Below, piece by piece: positions 59,182 through 64,000 of a DNA stretch of 64,000 bases. The stretch comes from an uncultured bacterium (GTDB taxonomy: Bacteria > Patescibacteriota > Dojkabacteria > SC72), in contig CAIVJR010000005.1 in assembly GCA_903906305.1 (NCBI GenBank), positions 162,113 through 226,112 of the forward strand. Reading direction: 5' to 3'. Made by a program: the position numbers and the translations under genes. The notes beneath the pieces were generated by a model. The model was not told the DNA's origin. It searched no databases and was given only the letters and a program-made list of their open reading frames with translations. Numbering within the stretch: the stretch's first letter is position 1; every line of letters begins with the position of its first letter.

Positions 59182-61446
59182 ATGGAAAGAAATATACCAA
59201 AAGTATTTGAATCTACAACATCGGAACCAGAAATATACAAACTCTGGGAATCCTCTGGCTACTCTACTCCTGAAAAAGTAGAAGAATATTTGAGAGAGAA
59301 CGGATTGAATGTTGAAAAACCATTCACGATTACTCTTCCTCCTCCAAATGCCAATGGTAATTTACACTTGGGTCATATGTGTGGGTATTCATTCCATGAT
59401 GCATTTGCAAGATTCAATAGAATGACAGGTCACCCTACTCTCCTAGTGCCTGGAAAAGATCATGCTGGTATCCAAACAGAGAGTGCCTTTACAAAAGTGT
59501 TACAAAATAATGGCGAGGATAAATGGGAAATGGGAAGAGATGAATTTTACAAACGATGCTATGACTTCTGTATGCAGAATGCTGATAATGCTAGAACCCA
59601 GGAAAAGAACATAGGGCTTTCGGCAGATTACAGTAGAGAATTCTTCACTCTAGATCCTAAGTTAACCAAGATCATCTACGAAACATTTTACAAGATGTAT
59701 GAGGATGGAATGGTTTACAGAGATAAACGTATTGTAAATGTATGTCCTAGTTGTAAAACAGCTTTAGCAGATATTGATACGGACCATGAAGAGCGAAGAG
59801 GTATCTTTGCATATATCATCTACCCTCTCATTGATGAAGCAGATAAACAATTAGCTAAAGAGAGGTTTGGTGTAGAAGGCATTACAGTTGCTACAACTAG
59901 ACCTGAAACTATGTTAGGAGATACGGCTGTTGCAGTTAATCCAAATGATCCTAGATACAAAGAATTCATAGGTAAGAAGGTTTTACTTCCAATTGCAAAC
60001 CGAGAGATTCCAATCATTGCTGAAGAAGAAGTAGATCTTGAAACAGGAACGGGTGCTTTGAAAGTTACTCCTGCTCACTCCCCTGTCGACTTTGAGATTG
60101 GTAAACGACAAGGCTTAGAAATCATCAATGTAATTGATGAGGAAGGTAAAATGACTGGAAATATTCCTGACAGATTCAAAGGTATGGGGACAACGGATTG
60201 TTCAAGAGCGTTGTGTGGTGAATTAACTGAATTAGGATTGTTAGTAAGGATTGAAAATATTAAGCATGAGGTAGCAGTATGTGAGAGATGCGGTACCCCT
60301 ATAGAGCCTGTCATATCTAATCAATGGTATGCAAATGTCGAACCATTGGCGAAGAAAGCATTAGAAGCACTGCATAATGGTGATGTTAAGGTCATACCTG
60401 AGGGTCAGCAAAAAGCTTTAGAATTCTTCTATGAAAATATTCAACCGTGGTGTATTTCTAGACAACTTTGGTGGGGTCAGAGAATTCCTGTTTGGTATTC
60501 TGGGAGTAAGAAGCTACATGATTGGTTGAATGAAAATCAAGGTAAAACGGTTGGAGATTTTGAAAAGGAATTTAATGTAAAAGCTAATGGTACTGGTGAG
60601 ATTAAGTTGGGCGAGGATAGCCCAGAGGGTATATGGGAACAAGAGTCGGATATGTTTGATACTTGGTTTAGTTCTGGTCAGGTTCCTTTCTCCACCCTTG
60701 GTGGTCCTGAGGGTGATGATTACAAGAAGTACTATCCTACTCAGATGATGATTCATGCTAGGGATATTCTTTTCTGGTGGACTGCACGTATGATTATGTT
60801 TGGTCTCTACAGAACTGGTGAGGTTCCCTACTCTACGGTATTACTTACGGGTATGATTCTTGCTGCTGATGGTTCTAAGATGTCTAAATCTAAGGGTAAT
60901 GGTATTGAACCTAATGATGTATTCCAAAAGTATGGTGCCGATGCTTTAAGACTTTGGTATTACTCTGATGCGTTACCTGGTTCTAATGCTCCTCTTAGAG
61001 AAGAGAAGATTAAGGGTAACAGAAACTTTGTTAACAAGATTTGGAATGCTAGTAGGTTCATATTGATGAATATTGAGGATGAGGAAATAGAGAAGATACA
61101 GGGGAAGGAAGTGGCTGATACTGACAGAGTTAAGGCTACTAAAGAGCATATTGAAAAGGTTGGTAAATATCTGGAGAAGTATCAATTAAATCTTGGTGCT
61201 GAAACTATTCGGGAATTCTTTTGGCATGAGTTGTGTGACAAATGGATTGAGGAGATTAAAACAGAGATTAAGGATCAACCTGTTGGTAGTGATTTAAGAA
61301 TTGAAAAACTTTCTGAATTGTTATGGTTGTTAAAAAAGAATTTAAAGATTATGCATCCTTTTGTTCCTTTTGTTACTGAGGCTGTATGGCAAGAGTTAGT
61401 AAAATTGGGATTAGCGGAGGGAGTATTAATGGTTGAACAGATTTAA
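59182..61446 (+). CDS. valS: Valine--tRNA ligase (short form)
   Basis: Class I aaRS. PPPNANGNLHLGH (ValRS-type HIGH region), an editing-domain region, and KMSKSKGN. Confidence 0.75.
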   Translation: MERNIPKVFESTTSEPEIYKLWESSGYSTPEKVEEYLRENGLNVEKPFTITLPPPNANGNLHLGHMCGYSFHDAFARFNRMTGHPTLLVPGKDHAGIQTESAFTKVLQNNGEDKWEMGRDEFYKRCYDFCMQNADNARTQEKNIGLSADYSREFFTLDPKLTKIIYETFYKMYEDGMVYRDKRIVNVCPSCKTALADIDTDHEERRGIFAYIIYPLIDEADKQLAKERFGVEGITVATTRPETMLGDTAVAVNPNDPRYKEFIGKKVLLPIANREIPIIAEEEVDLETGTGALKVTPAHSPVDFEIGKRQGLEIINVIDEEGKMTGNIPDRFKGMGTTDCSRALCGELTELGLLVRIENIKHEVAVCERCGTPIEPVISNQWYANVEPLAKKALEALHNGDVKVIPEGQQKALEFFYENIQPWCISRQLWWGQRIPVWYSGSKKLHDWLNENQGKTVGDFEKEFNVKANGTGEIKLGEDSPEGIWEQESDMFDTWFSSGQVPFSTLGGPEGDDYKKYYPTQMMIHARDILFWWTARMIMFGLYRTGEVPYSTVLLTGMILAADGSKMSKSKGNGIEPNDVFQKYGADALRLWYYSDALPGSNAPLREEKIKGNRNFVNKIWNASRFILMNIEDEEIEKIQGKEVADTDRVKATKEHIEKVGKYLEKYQLNLGAETIREFFWHELCDKWIEEIKTEIKDQPVGSDLRIEKLSELLWLLKKNLKIMHPFVPFVTEAVWQELVKLGLAEGVLMVEQI

Positions 61447-61513
61447 CCAAAAGAAAACCCTATGCTACAACAAAGTGCATAATGCACAGGGTTTTCAATT
61501 GGAGTGGTATCTA

Positions 61514-61912
61514 TTACTTTGGAACAAAACTTTCCCAAAAATCTTTGGCACATGCTAAGACATGATTTAAAATCAAATTTCCTCTTGCTTGGTCATATGC
61601 TGGGCTATGAAACGAATCGATAGCGTCTTGCATTAAAGCCGTTTGGCCAGCAATTGTTTTGTCGGTGTTGATCTTAGTAATTGTGCTAATTATGGTCTCA
61701 ACATCCGTTAAGAGTAACCAGATATCACATGTTTGATATGTTTGACTCAGGTCGGAGGCTGTCTTTAACAACAAAACTCCGTCCTCGCTTGTGATAAGAC
61801 CATCTTTGATGAAGATCTTTCCTTGGAGAACAAAATCTTTAACGTGCAAAGAAGATGCTGTCTCCGAGGGGCCAATACAATTTCTTAAACCATAGTACAA
61901 AGTTAGATCCAT
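61514..61912 (-). CDS. Hypothetical protein (132 aa)
   Basis: ORF between valS and metG on the opposite strand; no motif. Confidence 0.3.
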   Translation of the reverse strand: MDLTLYYGLRNCIGPSETASSLHVKDFVLQGKIFIKDGLITSEDGVLLLKTASDLSQTYQTCDIWLLLTDVETIISTITKINTDKTIAGQTALMQDAIDSFHSPAYDQARGNLILNHVLACAKDFWESFVPK

Positions 61913-61999
61913 TTTCCACTCCTTATTTAGTTTTTAAACAACAAGGATATTATACCACTATAGGTTCTTAGCTTCCACAATTCCCTAATCTACCAATAT

Positions 62000-63484
62000 T
62001 TGATATCATCTACAGTAATAATTAAAAGAGAATATATAATGAATAAACAAAAATTCTACCTAACAACCACACTCCCCTACGTAAATGCAGAACTACATAT
62101 AGGACATGCCTTAGAATTTGTACAAGCAGATACAATTGTAAGATATTTTAGAAACAAATTAGGAAAAGAAAATGTATTTTTCAATGTAGGAACAGATGAG
62201 CACGGGCAAAAAATATACAACAAAGCACAAGAAGAAGGATTAGAATTAAAACCATTTGTAGATAAATATGCACAAAGAGTAATGGATTTTTGTAAACTCT
62301 TTAATGTCGAATATGATAACTTCTACAGAACATCAGATACAAAACACCATGAATTAGCACAAGTATTCTGGAACAAATGTAATGAGAATGGAGATATATA
62401 CAAAAAACAATACTCAGGACAATATTGTGTAGGATGTGAGAGATATCTAACAGACAAAGAACTTGTAGATGGAAAATGTCCAGATCACCATACAGTACCT
62501 GAATTAAAAACAGAGGAAAACTATTTCTTTAGACTATCAAAATACAGAGAGCCCCTACTCAAATGGTTGGAGGAAAAAAAAGCATTTGTAAAACCTGTAT
62601 ACAAAATGGATGAATTAAAGAAATTCATATCTGAAATGGAAGATATTAGTATATCGAGATTAAGAGAAAATCTTCCATGGGGTATTGAAGTACCTAATGA
62701 CCCTACTCAGATGATGTATGTATGGTTTGATGCATTAACAAACTATGCTATTGCAGTTGGGTACGGAACTGATGAAGAAAGATTTAAACAATGGTGGGGA
62801 CCAGTACAAACATGTGGCCCAGACAACCTGAGATTCCAAGGTGCTATATGGCAAGGAATGTTAGCTTCTGCAGGATTACCGCAATCAGAGAAATTACTTG
62901 TGCATGGAATGGTATTAGGTCTTGATGGAACCAAAATGTCTAAACTAGTTGGAAATATTGTTTCCCCATTTGAACAAGAACAAAAATATGGTGCTGAAGT
63001 AGTTCGATTCTACCTTTTAACAGGTATTCCTACATATGACGATGCAGCTTACAAGGAAGATGACTTGGTGAATGAATATAACTCAAGATTGGCTAACAAT
63101 TTTGGAAATCTTCTGAATCGTGTCATTCATTTAGCTAATGCAAAAGAAGCAGAGATGAACAATGAAGCTACCGTAGAGTCTGAGTTTAAAGCAACAGTAG
63201 ATACATATGTAAAAGAGATTAATAGTTTCTACGAAGATTATGAAATATATCTTGCTGGAGAGAAAATTGATCAACTTGCAGATTATGGAAACAAATATAT
63301 TACCAAAGAAGAACCATGGTCAAAGGAAAAACCCGAAGCAGAGAAAATATTGAACAACTTAAGCTATCTTTTGAAGCATGTAATTGCCGGATATTCCCCT
63401 ATTCTTCCTGTTAGCAGTGTAAAAGCATCTGAAGCTTTAGAGAAGAGGGAGAAGCTCATTTTGTTTCCTAAATTAGAAGCATAA
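62000..63484 (+). CDS. metG: Methionine--tRNA ligase (minimal form with zinc knuckle)
   Basis: PYVNAELHIGHALE (HIGH), CVGCERY…CPDH zinc knuckle, KMSKLVGN (KMSKS). Confidence 0.85.
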   Translation: MISSTVIIKREYIMNKQKFYLTTTLPYVNAELHIGHALEFVQADTIVRYFRNKLGKENVFFNVGTDEHGQKIYNKAQEEGLELKPFVDKYAQRVMDFCKLFNVEYDNFYRTSDTKHHELAQVFWNKCNENGDIYKKQYSGQYCVGCERYLTDKELVDGKCPDHHTVPELKTEENYFFRLSKYREPLLKWLEEKKAFVKPVYKMDELKKFISEMEDISISRLRENLPWGIEVPNDPTQMMYVWFDALTNYAIAVGYGTDEERFKQWWGPVQTCGPDNLRFQGAIWQGMLASAGLPQSEKLLVHGMVLGLDGTKMSKLVGNIVSPFEQEQKYGAEVVRFYLLTGIPTYDDAAYKEDDLVNEYNSRLANNFGNLLNRVIHLANAKEAEMNNEATVESEFKATVDTYVKEINSFYEDYEIYLAGEKIDQLADYGNKYITKEEPWSKEKPEAEKILNNLSYLLKHVIAGYSPILPVSSVKASEALEKREKLILFPKLEA

Positions 63485-63523
63485 TATGCTATACTAAAAA
63501 TATAAAAATTTAGAACTGCCTAA

Positions 63524-64000
63524 TGTTTAAGTTTGGAAAACAGTCACAATCGATTGATTTTTTACAACCGTCATACTCTCCAACGGATGTTTGGTCTACT
63601 GCGTATATTTGGCTTACCAATGTTGGAAAATATCTGTTAATAGCGGTAGAGGTGCTGGTTCTAGGAGTATTCTTCTCCAGATTTATACTGGACAGGCAGG
63701 ATAATGACCTTACAGAAGAGGTAAACGCTAAGGTTACCTTACTCTCAAATGAAAGTTGGCAGAAGAATGCCGCTATATATGAGAACTACCAGTATCTATT
63801 AAGTGACATAAAGACAGTTAAGGATAAACAAACAATCAATTCAGTTAAAATGAGTGAATTAATTAGTGGTATTCCTTCCTCGCTTCATCTTGCCTCATTT
63901 GGCTATTCAGTTAACAAGGTTACTTTGAGACTGACATCTAATAGCCTGAACTCTATTAAAGACTATGAAGCGTCATTAAAAAATAATCCTAACTATTCCA
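63524..64000 (+). CDS. Partial (3'-truncated by window) bitopic membrane protein, PilN/PilO-like architecture, hypothetical
   Basis: ATG at ~63524. TM LLIAVEVLVLGVFF, then a coiled/periplasmic region. The frame is open to the window end. Confidence 0.3.

Overview
Low-GC (~35%) bacterial chromosomal window with compact genes, read in the standard genetic code. Gene content and style suggest a Patescibacteria/CPR-like organism; this is inference. The window carries a complete rRNA operon on the minus strand (16S, tRNA-Ile, tRNA-Ala, 23S, 5S). It also carries the chromosomal replication origin region: dnaN, an AT-rich spacer rich in DnaA boxes, dnaA, a divergent rpmH-rnpA-yidD-yidC-jag cluster, and DnaA boxes on both sides of dnaA. 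Other recognisable housekeeping genes are rpsA, nth-like, a eukaryote/archaeal-type ATP-dependent DNA ligase, polA, ftsH, efp, smpB, tmRNA (ssrA), nfo, a UvrD-family helicase-nuclease, RNase J, an FtsA-like protein, valS and metG, plus ten tRNAs. The tRNAs include a rare tRNA-Ile with anticodon UAU and a probable initiator tRNA. The most unusual content is a roughly 13 kb co-directional minus-strand block (22203-35597). It holds a tandem array of five paralogous VirB2/TrbC-like T4SS-pilin genes, a SpoIID/LytB-type cell-wall enzyme with a long coiled coil, several membrane proteins, and a large membrane-anchored P-loop ATPase resembling type IV coupling or VirB4-like ATPases. This looks like a divergent pilus or type-IV-secretion-like surface apparatus. 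Other notable items are listed below. (1) A probable T-box leader with terminator and antiterminator upstream of a hypothetical-valS operon. (2) A T4-like dNMP-kinase gene split at an A8 homopolymer. (3) A duplicated 34-bp terminator hairpin bracketing about 0.8 kb of nearly non-coding DNA next to the 5S gene. (4) A membrane-tethered DeoR-type HTH protein between polA and the ligase. (5) An OmpR-family regulator lacking the phospho-acceptor Asp. (6) Two adjacent secreted proteins with paralogous membrane anchors. All coordinates for RNA genes and regulatory sites are approximate (a few nt), because they were read by eye.
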